DNA of 64,000 bases from an uncultured Methanoregulaceae archaeon (GTDB taxonomy: Archaea > Halobacteriota > Methanomicrobia > Methanomicrobiales > Methanospirillaceae). Under the pieces are notes generated by a model that ran no database searches, had not been told where the DNA came from, and saw only the letters and a list, made by a program, of their open reading frames with translations. The stretch is taken from positions 1,920,001 through 1,984,000 of the forward strand of contig OY970061.1 of the NCBI GenBank assembly GCA_963705255.1, in the 5' to 3' direction. Made by a program: the position numbers and the translations under genes. Of the stretch, positions 18,373 to 28,515 are shown one piece after another. How positions within the stretch are numbered: position 1 is the stretch's first letter; each line of letters opens with the position of its first letter.

Positions 18373-21300
18373 CGCCCCACCTCCACGATGACGAGAGCAA
18401 GGGCGGCCACCAGCACGCTCCCGAAGACCGCCAGGTTCCAGTTTATATCGCGGTTTTCCGCTCTCATGGCAGATCTTCCGATGAGGGTAAGGGTATCGGC
18501 AGCATCTTCTGCATAACCGTAACTCGCCCTGAATGCGGCCTGAATCCCCCCGGCACACGCGGTAACGCCGTGCCCGGCGGCCATGTACACGGTGTCAAAA
18601 TCGTTTACATGGATATCGTGTGGCTCAAGCCACCTCTTCCCCACGGTAAAGAAGAAGAGGGCTGCACTCCCCAGGATCAGGAGGGTTCCGCCCAGGAGTA
18701 CCGGATCATATGCCACGTAGGTGGTCGGGTAGGGAAGGATGCCATAAAGGACGGCAGGGTATATCCCGATCACGATGCACAACGCGGCAATTCCGAGCAT
18801 ACCGGCCTGCATGAGAAGCGGAGGATCCGAAGCCTCCGTCTTCCCGGGCCGGAGGAAAGCGAAATATCCCAGCTTGAGGAATGATACGAACGTCCCGAAC
18901 GATGCGATCTCAAGGAGCACCCAGATCCAGATGCTCACATGCTCCGCTGCCATGAGCACCATTCCTTTGGAGACGAACCCGTTGAAGAGCGGGACCCCGG
19001 AGATCGAAAGCGCGGCGATCCAGAATGCAAGGGCGGTCACCGGCATCTTTTTCTGGAGCCCGCCGATGCGGCTGAGCAGGTTCTCCCCGGTCTTCCATAT
19101 TATCACGCCGACTGCCATGAAGAGGAGGGTCTTGTAGAGGATATTGTTGACGAGGTGGGCCATGCCGCCGTCAAGGCCGAGCTGCCCGATCCCGTTTGCT
19201 GCCCCCAGCCATCCCAGGATCCCGATGCCGGCGACCATGTAGCCCACCTGGGAGATGATATGGTACGAGAGGAGACGGCGCATGTCGTTCTGGAAGACCG
19301 CAAAGGTTACGCCATACACTGCCATGAGCGCCCCCATGAACGCGATGTATTCTGTCCCGGGCTGGGCCCGTGCGAGGAGATAAACCGCTGCTTTTGTCGT
19401 ATAAACACTCAAAAAGACGCTCGCGACAAAATTGGCACGCGGGTAGGCATCCGGAAGCCAGGTATGCAGGGGGATGAAGGCCATATTCACGCCAATCCCC
19501 AGCACGATCAGGACTGAGGCCCACACTTGGTAGGTGGCGACCGGGATCCCGGCAAGCGGCCCCACGATGGGAGATCCTCCTCCGACAAAGAGCAGCGCAA
19601 TCCCTGCACCAAGAAGGGCCCCCCCGAGCCCGTGGAACAGGAGGTACCGGAACCCCGCCCCGATCGCTTCCCCGCCTTCCTGCCAGATGAGGAACGTCGA
19701 AGTGACTGCCATCAGCTCCCAGAAGATGAGAAGGGTGATCCAGTCACCTGCAAAGACAACGCCGAGCGAAGCGCCGGCATAGAGGAGCGCGATGAGGTGG
19801 AGGCGGGGTGCTGCGACCACTGCGGCATACAGGATGGCAAAAAACGTGATGGTGGCAAAGATGACTCCCATCAGGTACGAGAGGCTGTCGACTCTCATGA
19901 GGGTCAGGGTATACCCCATGAAGGGAAGGTTCCACTGCATCACACCGGTCGAAAGCGATCCTGTGAAGTACCCTCCGGGAAGGAGGAGAACGTCAACAAG
20001 GGCAATGCCTCCCAGCACGACAAGACAGCCCTGCCGGGCGCGTCCGGACAGCGCGAGGACGAGCGGCGCACCGATCAGGAAGATCAGGAAGGGCGGCACC
20101 ACCGGGCCGAAAGAGAAGGTCGCGGTGACGAGGAGGGCGCTATGGGTCACACTTGCAGCGACCTGTGCGCAGAGCGCAAAGGGGCTGTACGGGACAACAG
20201 TCCAAAGGCCGAGAACGACCACTCCTGCCGCGGTTATCACCACCGGTACGCGGAGCGTCCAGCGGACGGGGGGTGTCTCACCTTCAGAGGGCCGGAAAAA
20301 TGCCCGGATAATGATGGGCAGGAAATAGGCGAGGTTCAGCACGCTCGATGCCACGAGAACGAGGAGTATCCACCAGTCCGCAGCGGTTCCCGCTCCGATC
20401 CCCAGTGAGAGATACCACTTGGCGATAAAGCCCGCCATCAGCGGCAGCCCTACCATGCTCAGGGTCGCGAGGGTGAAAGCAGCGAACTCCCAGGGCATCT
20501 TCCTGCCGATACCGTCGAGCTGCGAGATCTCGGTCTTCCCAGTCTCCACGGATACCGCACCGGCGACAAAGAACATGGTCAGCTTACCGAACGCGTGGGC
20601 AGCAAAGGCGTAGGTCGCCCCGATCACGGCCGCAGCCCGCCCTGCATCGGAAACGCCCGAAATTCCCGGAGGCAGCAGTACCGCGGCACCCAGCACCATG
20701 TAGCTGAGCTGGCTGATGGTGGAGTACGCGAGCCGCAGCTTGAAGTTATCCTGTAGCAGGGCAAGGAGGGAACCGACGATGATCGTGATGACCGCAGCCG
20801 CAATAACGAGATCCTGGAGCCCCAGCCCGGCCATCAGGCCGGGTCCGTACAGGTACAGCATCAGTCTCATGAGCCCGAAGACCCCGGCGTTCACGACGGC
20901 CACGGCATGGAGCAGCCCGCTGACCGGGGTGGGGGCTACCATGGCGTCCGGCAGCCACCCGTGCAGGGGCACGAGTGCCGCCTTCACGCCGAAACCCGAA
21001 AGGAGGAGGATGAAGGCGAGGCGGGCAAACCCGGGGTCGATGGAGGCAATACCGGGAGCGCCTCCGGCAACAAAGTCGAGCGAGTGCGATGTTACAAAGA
21101 GGATCATGGCGCCGCCAACGAACGCGATCCCGCCATTCAGGGTGTAAAAGAGATATTTCCGTCCTGCCGCAAACGCCTCCGGTGTCTCGGTATGCACGAC
21201 CAGAGGATAGGTAGCAATCGTGATGAGCTCGTAGAAGACCAGGAGGGAGAAGAGATTGGAACTGAGCGCGACACCCATGACCGCGCCGATGACGAGAGCA

Positions 21301-21653
21301 AAGCTCGCATAATAGCGGGTCTGGGCATGTTCGTGCACCCCCCGCATATATCCGATGTTATAGACCGTGGTTATGATCCAGAGCAGCGAGGCGATGCTCG
21401 CAAACAGGAGACCCAGTGCATCCGCCGTGAACTGGAGGCCCAGACCGGGAAGTACCTGGAGCGCAGGTGTGGACACGGGCTGTGTCGCAAACGCCGAAGG
21501 GAGGGAGAGGATACAGAAGACGAACGTCAGGATGGCCGAAACGAGAGATGCGGCTTCACGTGCATCCGGATGGTTCCGTAACAGGATTACCGCGCCGGAA
21601 CCGGCAAGAGGGACCGTCACGATGAGCGCGAGCATCCACGGCTGGACGTCCAT
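18369..21653 (-). CDS. Fused double MrpD-type antiporter subunit (1094 aa)
   Basis: Two complete modules: FYELIT/KAALVPLHGWLPDAMVAPTP/LAYSTISQ and FWELMA/PLHTWLPDAYP/LLSYHIISQVG. Confidence 0.88.
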   Translation of the reverse strand: MDVQPWMLALIVTVPLAGSGAVILLRNHPDAREAASLVSAILTFVFCILSLPSAFATQPVSTPALQVLPGLGLQFTADALGLLFASIASLLWIITTVYNIGYMRGVHEHAQTRYYASFALVIGAVMGVALSSNLFSLLVFYELITIATYPLVVHTETPEAFAAGRKYLFYTLNGGIAFVGGAMILFVTSHSLDFVAGGAPGIASIDPGFARLAFILLLSGFGVKAALVPLHGWLPDAMVAPTPVSGLLHAVAVVNAGVFGLMRLMLYLYGPGLMAGLGLQDLVIAAAVITIIVGSLLALLQDNFKLRLAYSTISQLSYMVLGAAVLLPPGISGVSDAGRAAAVIGATYAFAAHAFGKLTMFFVAGAVSVETGKTEISQLDGIGRKMPWEFAAFTLATLSMVGLPLMAGFIAKWYLSLGIGAGTAADWWILLVLVASSVLNLAYFLPIIIRAFFRPSEGETPPVRWTLRVPVVITAAGVVVLGLWTVVPYSPFALCAQVAASVTHSALLVTATFSFGPVVPPFLIFLIGAPLVLALSGRARQGCLVVLGGIALVDVLLLPGGYFTGSLSTGVMQWNLPFMGYTLTLMRVDSLSYLMGVIFATITFFAILYAAVVAAPRLHLIALLYAGASLGVVFAGDWITLLIFWELMAVTSTFLIWQEGGEAIGAGFRYLLFHGLGGALLGAGIALLFVGGGSPIVGPLAGIPVATYQVWASVLIVLGIGVNMAFIPLHTWLPDAYPRANFVASVFLSVYTTKAAVYLLARAQPGTEYIAFMGALMAVYGVTFAVFQNDMRRLLSYHIISQVGYMVAGIGILGWLGAANGIGQLGLDGGMAHLVNNILYKTLLFMAVGVIIWKTGENLLSRIGGLQKKMPVTALAFWIAALSISGVPLFNGFVSKGMVLMAAEHVSIWIWVLLEIASFGTFVSFLKLGYFAFLRPGKTEASDPPLLMQAGMLGIAALCIVIGIYPAVLYGILPYPTTYVAYDPVLLGGTLLILGSAALFFFTVGKRWLEPHDIHVNDFDTVYMAAGHGVTACAGGIQAAFRASYGYAEDAADTLTLIGRSAMRAENRDINWNLAVFGSVLVAALALVIVEVGR

Positions 21654-21976
21654 CAGAGGTCCCCCCCCCGCACGAGCCTTGCAATGGAGGTGCTATCGAA
21701 CGTTTTCCAGGCCCGTTTGAGCAGGATAACCAGCGCGAGAGCAAGGCCGGCAACCACTGCCTCGATGACGATCAGGGTGAAAACGACTGCTTGGGAGACC
21801 CCCGTATCACCGGCGAGGTATCCCCCGAGAATAAAGACGAGACTGACCCCTTTTCCAAGGAATTCGACCCCCATCACCAGCTTGATCAGGTGCGTGCGCG
21901 AGATCAGGGCCGCAAGCCCGGCCGCGAAAAGCGCGCCTGCGCAGACAACAAGGATCAGGGGGCCGCCCGGGATCAC
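21653..21976 (-). CDS. NuoK/MrpC/MbhG-like subunit
   Basis: 3 TM; LIKLVMGVE, QAVVFTLIVIEAVVAGLALAL. Confidence 0.85.
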   Translation of the reverse strand: MIPGGPLILVVCAGALFAAGLAALISRTHLIKLVMGVEFLGKGVSLVFILGGYLAGDTGVSQAVVFTLIVIEAVVAGLALALVILLKRAWKTFDSTSIARLVRGGDL

Positions 21977-22215
21977 GGCGGCATCCCCCGGGATCGATCA
22001 TGGCCGAGGAGCAGAAGGATCGAGAAAACACCTGCCAGGATAAGAAAACCCTGTACAACAACCTCGAACGTACGACCGCTCCACATCGCTCCTCCGGGTC
22101 CTGCTGCCGGAGGGGGGGCGACAGGCCAGGCAGCGGTAGCCGGCAGTACTGCGCTCAGAAAAAGGAGGAGAAAGGCCGCCCCGAGGATGATCGCACCGAC
22201 CGTCTTTGCCCTCAT
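21973..22215 (-). CDS. Small membrane subunit (MbhE/MrpB-N-like)
   Basis: 80 aa; W..R..E...Q motif before a C-terminal TM helix; translationally coupled. Confidence 0.6.
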   Translation of the reverse strand: MRAKTVGAIILGAAFLLLFLSAVLPATAAWPVAPPPAAGPGGAMWSGRTFEVVVQGFLILAGVFSILLLLGHDRSRGMPP

Positions 22216-22475
22216 GCAGGCACCTCTTCCTCTTCCCCGCCGGTAAGTATGAGCACAACCAGGAAGAGGACCGCGACAAGCCCTGCACCGACCGTCAGTT
22301 CCAAGGCTCCGGCGTACGGCGAGGACAGGACGAAGAAGAGCGCCGCAAGACTGGCACTGCTCACCGCATATGCGACAATGGCACGGATGAGGTTTGTCTG
22401 CAGTATGGCAACAGCTGCCATGACGACTGCTGCGATCCCGAGGGCTGCTATAACGAGGAGATCGATGTCAAGCAT
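22212..22475 (-). CDS. MbhD/DUF4040 (MrpA C-terminal-like) subunit
   Basis: 3 TM; LIRAIV...SPYAGALELTVGAGL. Confidence 0.75.
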   Translation of the reverse strand: MLDIDLLVIAALGIAAVVMAAVAILQTNLIRAIVAYAVSSASLAALFFVLSSPYAGALELTVGAGLVAVLFLVVLILTGGEEEEVPA

Positions 22476-22962
22476 CGGTAATCACACGCCTTTGACGTGA
22501 TCCCCGGATTGAAAAGGTGGCAGAACTGCTGACATTCCGGCGGTTCATTCCCGGATACCGTGAAAAGCAAAGAACGGAATCTACAACTGACACTGCATGG
22601 ATAGAACAGCAAGGATCTGTCATCTCGGCCTTCCTGATAAGACAGCGAACCCAGACATTCCGGATGCCGAACGCATGGTTACCGTATTGATCTTCTGGTC
22701 AGTTCCCGTTACATGGCTGCGTATTTCCTGATATTGTGCTAAATACGTTCATCTTCCACAAAGGAGAACATAAACCTTTTTAAATTATGCTGGCAGGCTG
22801 TTCCCGGAAACCCCCGCCCCCCGGGAGATGACAGCCTCGACGTAACAGGCTTGCGATGGACAGGAAGAACAATTCAGTTTTGGAGAGGGCCGCGGTAACC
22901 TCAAAAGAGACTTGGTTTTGACCCGGGTACTGACCCGGAATACCGGCAGCAATTCTGCCGTA

Positions 22963-23346
22963 TTATACCGCTGCCTCGTCCTTCTTCTCAGGCTTTGGGG
23001 GTTTTACGTACGTGATAGTGACCGTCTCCACACTCCGGGAGGTTACCGGAGCAGAGTACTGGGTGTCCATGAACAGGCATTTCACCGGGCATGTGTCGAC
23101 ACACGAGTTGCACACCACGCACCGGAGCCGGTCGATCTGCCAGGTCTTTTCTTCCTTATTGACCACCAGTGCCTGCGACGGGCATTTCCTCTGGCAGGTC
23201 CCGCAGGAGATACATTTACTCTCGTCGATGGTTACGTGCCCCCTGGTGAGAGCGGTTTTTTTTGCGGGCTCTGCCGGGTAGAGGATCGTTGCCGGGCGGT
23301 TGAGGACGGTCCTCAATGCCGTTTTTACCATTTCGAAAAATGCCAT
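22963..23346 (-). CDS. echF: Ech hydrogenase subunit F
   Basis: PATILYP, RGH, CISCGTCQRKCP, CVVCNSCVDTCP. Confidence 0.92.
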   Translation of the reverse strand: MAFFEMVKTALRTVLNRPATILYPAEPAKKTALTRGHVTIDESKCISCGTCQRKCPSQALVVNKEEKTWQIDRLRCVVCNSCVDTCPVKCLFMDTQYSAPVTSRSVETVTITYVKPPKPEKKDEAAV

Positions 23347-23351
23347 GGCAC

Positions 23352-24431
23352 TCACCGCTCCGTACAACTTATGCAGGGATCGATGGACAATACGATGACC
23401 GGGACATCGGCAAGCTCGCAGCCCTGGAGCATCCGGATCAGCGGGGGGATATTGGTCAGGGTCGGGGTCCTGATACGGGACCTGACCAGGAATTTCGTAC
23501 CGTTTCCCTTGATGTAATGGACAAGCTCTCCCCGGGGCTGTTCGGCGCGGGTGAAATACTCCCCGTTCGGCGTCCCGGTCACTTTCACGTCGATCGGCCC
23601 CTCGGGGATCTTGGTGATCGCCTGCCTGATGATATCCATCGATGTGAACAGTTCCCGTGACCTGACTACGCACCGGGAATAGCAGTCCCCTCCGCTCTCG
23701 CTGACAGTCTCAAGGTTGAGCTTCCCGTAGGCGGCATACCCGGTCTTCCGGAGATCGACATCGACACCGCTTGCGCGGGCCGTGGGCCCCGATGCTCCAA
23801 GATGATATGCATCCTCTTTTGAGAGCACCCCTATGTCTTTTGTGCGGTGCCTGACCGAATCGTCCCGGAGAAAGACGGTCGTCAGCTCATTGATCTCCTT
23901 ATGGAGTGTATCGAGGTCCTTTTTCATCCCGTCGAGTTTCTCACCGCTAATATCGCGCCTGACCCCGCCGATCTTGCAGGACCCCTGGATGACCCGGCCA
24001 CCCGTCGTCTGTTCCATTACGTCGAGAACGCGCTCGCGGATCCTCCAGGCATTCATGAAGAGGTTTTCGAACCCGAAGGAATCGGCAAAAAGCCCAAGCC
24101 AGAGCAGATGGGAGTGCAGCCTCGAATATTCCGACCAGATAGTGCGGAGGAACACTGCCCGTTCGGGCACCTCGATATTCATGATCTTTTCGATCCCCTG
24201 GCAATACGTCATCCCGTGGATGAAACTGCAGATCCCGCACGTCCTCTCGGCAATATAGACATACTCGGTAAACTCCCGCTTCTCCACGAGTTTTTCAAAG
24301 CCCCGGTGGATATACCCGATTGAGGGGATCACGTCCACGACCTTTTCGTCCTCCAGGACGAGGTCGAGGTGGATCGGCTCGGGGAGGACCGGGTGCTGCG
24401 GCCCGAAGGGGATGATGATCTGCTTGGTCAT
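23352..24431 (-). CDS. echE: Ech hydrogenase large subunit E
   Basis: PFGPQHPVLPEP, ERTCGICSFIH, ends DPCISCTER with no extension. Confidence 0.95.
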   Translation of the reverse strand: MTKQIIIPFGPQHPVLPEPIHLDLVLEDEKVVDVIPSIGYIHRGFEKLVEKREFTEYVYIAERTCGICSFIHGMTYCQGIEKIMNIEVPERAVFLRTIWSEYSRLHSHLLWLGLFADSFGFENLFMNAWRIRERVLDVMEQTTGGRVIQGSCKIGGVRRDISGEKLDGMKKDLDTLHKEINELTTVFLRDDSVRHRTKDIGVLSKEDAYHLGASGPTARASGVDVDLRKTGYAAYGKLNLETVSESGGDCYSRCVVRSRELFTSMDIIRQAITKIPEGPIDVKVTGTPNGEYFTRAEQPRGELVHYIKGNGTKFLVRSRIRTPTLTNIPPLIRMLQGCELADVPVIVLSIDPCISCTER

Positions 24432-24796
24432 GGTTTCTCTCCTTTCGTTATGGTGACACCGAACGGGTGTTTTATCGCGGTCCGGATGAATGTCCCCTTG
24501 AAATCGATATTCATGCCCCTGACCTGGATGCCAAAGAGGTCGTGCATCTCGTTCTCGTACACGAATGCCCCCCAGTACATCCCCGAGATGCTGGGCACTT
24601 CCGTTTCAGCAGTGACCGTGATCCGCAGGTTCTTGAAGACGAAGTCCTTGTCGAAGGAGTAGTTGATCTCAAATGCGTCACCGACTTTCGTGCAGCCGAT
24701 CTGGACAAGACGATATCCCTCATTTCTGAACTGCTCGACACCCCCGAAAAGTTTTCCGACATCGGTGGGTATGATTGTCTGTTCCTCTGTTGTCAA
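24428..24796 (-). CDS. echD: Ech hydrogenase subunit D
   Basis: GYRLVQI, YSFD, PSIS...AFVYENEMHDLFG. Confidence 0.92.
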   Translation of the reverse strand: MTTEEQTIIPTDVGKLFGGVEQFRNEGYRLVQIGCTKVGDAFEINYSFDKDFVFKNLRITVTAETEVPSISGMYWGAFVYENEMHDLFGIQVRGMNIDFKGTFIRTAIKHPFGVTITKGEKP

Positions 24797-25260
24797 GCCG
24801 CATCACCTGCTGCTACCCGGCCAGCTGCTTTCTTCTCTGACATGGCCTGTCGTTTCGATTCAAGAATTCCCAGGGCCTGTACCACGCCATCGATGATCGA
24901 TTCCGGCCGGGCTGCACACCCGGTAACATAGACATCGACCGGGATGACCTTGTCGATGCCGCCCATGACATTGTAGCATTCCCGGAAGATCCCGCCGGAC
25001 GTAGCGCAGATGCCGATTGCGACCACGACTTTCGGGTCCGGGATCTGTTCATACGTGTTGATGAGTACCTGACGGTTCTGTTCATTGACGCTCCCGGTGA
25101 CGAGGAAGATATCGGCATGCTTCGGGTTGCCGGTATTGACGATCCCGAACCGTTCCACATCGTAGAGAGGAGTCAGGGCTGCCAGGACTTCGATGTCGCA
25201 GCCGTTGCAGGATGATGCATCATAGTGGATGATCCAGGGAGATTTTTTCAGGTAGGTCAT
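24793..25260 (-). CDS. echC: Ech hydrogenase small subunit C
   Basis: KSPWIIHYDASSCNGCDIE, GNPKHAD, GCAARPE. Confidence 0.93.
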   Translation of the reverse strand: MTYLKKSPWIIHYDASSCNGCDIEVLAALTPLYDVERFGIVNTGNPKHADIFLVTGSVNEQNRQVLINTYEQIPDPKVVVAIGICATSGGIFRECYNVMGGIDKVIPVDVYVTGCAARPESIIDGVVQALGILESKRQAMSEKKAAGRVAAGDAA

Positions 25261-26138
25261 GGTGCGACCACCGCTCTCAGGTAATATAATACTCCGAGGT
25301 TTACAATACCGAGCGTCCCGGCAACAAGCCATGCGCTCCGCAGTGTCAGCTGCCATTTGACACGCGACATCGTATTATCGATGAGTATCTCAAGGAAATA
25401 GGCGACGATGATCGCGGCGATGGCGATCAGGGGGTTGAACCCGAAGAAGAGGTAGACAACCCCGAGCAGGAATACGTACTCGTACCAGTGGGCGATCTCG
25501 ATCTTCCCGAGGTTGGGGCCTGCGAAATCGGTTGTAACACCCTTGACGATCTCCTGGTGCGCATGGTGGGACGTGGAGAGGTCGAAGGGTGACTTCCTCA
25601 GCTTGATCGTGAGGACGATCAGGTAGCCGATGAAGACACCGGGCAGAACCAGGATGATAGGTTTACCGGACGATACGATATCGCTCACATAGAAACTGTG
25701 GGTGACCATGTACATCCCCACCGCGGTGAAAATGATCATCGGTTCGTAGGCGATGATCTGAATGAGCTCGCGTTCCGCCCCGATATGACTGTAGGGAGAG
25801 TACGATGAATAGGCCCCGAGCACGAGGAATATGTGCGAGAGCGTGAACGCGAATATGACGAGCAGCATGTCCCCTCCCGAGAAGAACAATGCACCCGCGA
25901 CCACCATGAAGACAAGATAGCTCAGCACATAGAAATTCTGGGTCGTTGTCACCACCGGGTTCTCTTTCTCGAAGAGCTTGCCGACGTCGTAGAATGGCTG
26001 GATTATAGGCGGTCCTACCCGACCCTGCATCCTTGCAGTCACCTTCCGGTCGATCCCGGCAACAAGCCCGCCTATCACCGGGGCAAGGAGGATATACACT
26101 GCCGCAGTCATAATGGAGGACCAGGGTTCTTCGATCAC
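25257..26138 (-). CDS. echB: Ech hydrogenase subunit B
   Basis: DRKVTARMQGRVGPP, KLRKSPFDLSTSHHAHQE. Confidence 0.93.
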   Translation of the reverse strand: MIEEPWSSIMTAAVYILLAPVIGGLVAGIDRKVTARMQGRVGPPIIQPFYDVGKLFEKENPVVTTTQNFYVLSYLVFMVVAGALFFSGGDMLLVIFAFTLSHIFLVLGAYSSYSPYSHIGAERELIQIIAYEPMIIFTAVGMYMVTHSFYVSDIVSSGKPIILVLPGVFIGYLIVLTIKLRKSPFDLSTSHHAHQEIVKGVTTDFAGPNLGKIEIAHWYEYVFLLGVVYLFFGFNPLIAIAAIIVAYFLEILIDNTMSRVKWQLTLRSAWLVAGTLGIVNLGVLYYLRAVVAP

Positions 26139-28049
26139 AGAATCACCCCCGCGATCAGGACACCGGCAATGAGCACGAGCCCCCAGCAGAGCAGGACACC
26201 GATCATGAAGAGTCTCTCCTCACCGAAATAATTCCGCAGGTAGTAATTCGACAGGACAAGGTCCCGGGTCGTCCCCATCGATCCTGCAAACTTCATCTCT
26301 CCTACGGTCGAGCCTCCCCCCATGTACGGGTGCGTGATGACCTGGTCGCGCCTCTGGAAGAGCATGGAAAAAGGCATGATCATCAGGAGTGCAAGCATCA
26401 GGATCATGATGGTGAGGTTCGCCTGGGCAAGACGGGTTGTTTCCCCGTAAATATGCATCACGAACGGCTCGATCAGCGTCGACGATATCAGGGGGAAGAT
26501 GAGAGCGACGATGACAACCAGTGCGGTAAGGATGGACAGGATCGCCCACATCTCCGTCTTTACCTTCTGCTCGACATTTTCCTGGTTGCGCATGACGGAG
26601 ATGATCTTCCCCATCCACTTGCTCCAGAAGAAGAGGCTTGCCGACCCTCCGAAGGCAAGGATGGTAATGAAGACGAGGCCGAAGGGTGCCGTGACGAACG
26701 CCTCGATTGCCGCCCATTTGGAGATGATCATGCCGAAGGGTGCGAGGAACATCCCGGCCATGCCGATGAACATCATGAGAGCGACCTTCGGCATGCGTTC
26801 AATGAGGCCCCCCATATCCTCGATGTCCCTACTGCCGATACTCTGCTCCACGGTGCCGACACAGAGAAACAAGAGTGATTTGGCTACCGCGTGGAATATG
26901 AGCAGCAGGATCGCCACCCACATGAGGTTGTAGGTCCCGACTCCTGCACATGCGACGATGAGGCCGAGATTTGCGATGGTCGAATAAGCGAGTACTTTCT
27001 TCGCATTGCTCTGGGATATCGCGATGAATGACGCGAGGAGGAAGGTGATCCCTCCAACGAGAGCGATCATGAGACCCTCCGTCGTTCCGGACAACACCGG
27101 AGCAAACCGGATAATGATATACACACCCGCTTTTACCATGGTGCTTGAATGGAGCAGGGCCGAGACCGGTGTCGGGGCGACCATGGCGCCGACCAGCCAC
27201 GAGGAAAAGGGCATCAGGGCAGCTTTCGTGATACCGGCAAAACTGATCAGGACTGCCGGGACCAGTGCTATAACGTAGCCAGAGCTTACCAGGGTATTGA
27301 GTTCAAACAGCCTGCCGGAAGGATCCATCAGGGCGAGATAAACCAGTGCTGCGATAAACGCGACCCCGCCGAGAAGGTTCATGGAAAGTGCGAGGAATGC
27401 ATTCGTGGTGGCTTCCGGTGCTCTGCGAATACCCGATCAGGACGAACGAACAGAACGTGGTGATCTCCCAGAAGAAGAAGACCCAGAGGAGGTTATTGGA
27501 AAATACGAGACCAAACATGGCCGACAGGAAGACAAACATCCAGAAAAAGAACGATTTTCTCCGGTCTTTTATTCCGGCGTGCTGGATATGGTACGTCTCC
27601 ATGTACCCAAGTGAATACACGCATATCAGGCTCCCGATAATGCCGATGATCATAGCCATGATGATGGAGAGCTGGTCGATGAGGAGGTTGTTCCCGAAAT
27701 GAGCGCCAGGAATAAGTCCGGTCTCTAAAAATATCAGCAATCCGGCCTGCAATAGTATCAGGACAACGGTGAACAACTTGCGGTGTTTTATTCCCACGTA
27801 AAGGATGTATACTGCAAGGAGCAGTTCGATAACGAACATGAGCTGCCCGACCTGTTCGGAGCCGAACGCGAAATAGAGCGATCCCTGATCAAATGCTACG
27901 AAAAGCAGGCACAGCACTATCAGGCCGATAACCAGCGCGGAGATCCTGACGATCCAGTTGCGATCCGCATCGCGCCGCACAAGAACCATGAACAGCGCCG
28001 TAATTAAAGGAAACAGGATGAGGAACACTAAAAACTGCGAAATCTGCAC
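26135..28049 (-). CDS. echA: Ech hydrogenase subunit A; apparent +1 indel at ~27421
   Basis: N-part FWEITTFCSF (27303..28049) and C-part WLVGAMVAPTPVSALLHSSTMVKAG (26135..27382); removing one base gives GYSQTPEATTNAFLALSMNLLGG. Confidence 0.9.
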
Positions 28050-28515
28050 GAACTATCCACCCTCTCTGAATATGGGAATTTTTCATTATTAATCATATTG
28101 AATTGTGCACGGCCCCGTATTTCCCTTTCAAATAACAGGATTGTGCCGGAAAATGGCCGGGACCGGAAAAATAGAATCCACCGGAATTCCGAAAAATGCC
28201 GGAGATTCAGGAACATATTTCCGTGACCTGGTGCGGTCTGGTGCGGATTCTGCTGTAGGTTCAGGTGGGGATAAAAGTTTAATGTTTCAAAAATGTACTA
28301 ATAATCTCTTAGGATGGGATATGGACGAGTGCGGGGTGAGCCCCGGAGCCATTGCACCTTCCTTTGGGTCATTTGAGCAGGTTACTGCTGATGCCAATAC
28401 ATGATACCTGATGTGTCTGTCCCGCGTCCCGGTTCCGGCTGTTCATTCATTCAGTCGGGGTTCGGTCGTCCAGTCGCAACCGGGAGCGGGGGCAGCATGG
28501 CAGGAGGGTTTGGGA

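Noticed and set aside
12424-22475. Calling operon 1 Fpo/Nuo, Ehr or canonical 14-gene Mbh
   Set aside because: Both CxxC Ni-ligand pairs and a protease are present (not Fpo/Nuo/Ehr); MbhA/B/C/F equivalents are absent and extra antiporter modules are present (not canonical Mbh).
28364-28400. Fluoride riboswitch before hppA
   Set aside because: Has a GC hairpin followed by TGATG but lacks the 5' GGNGAUG P1/pseudoknot element; kept only as a generic structured leader.
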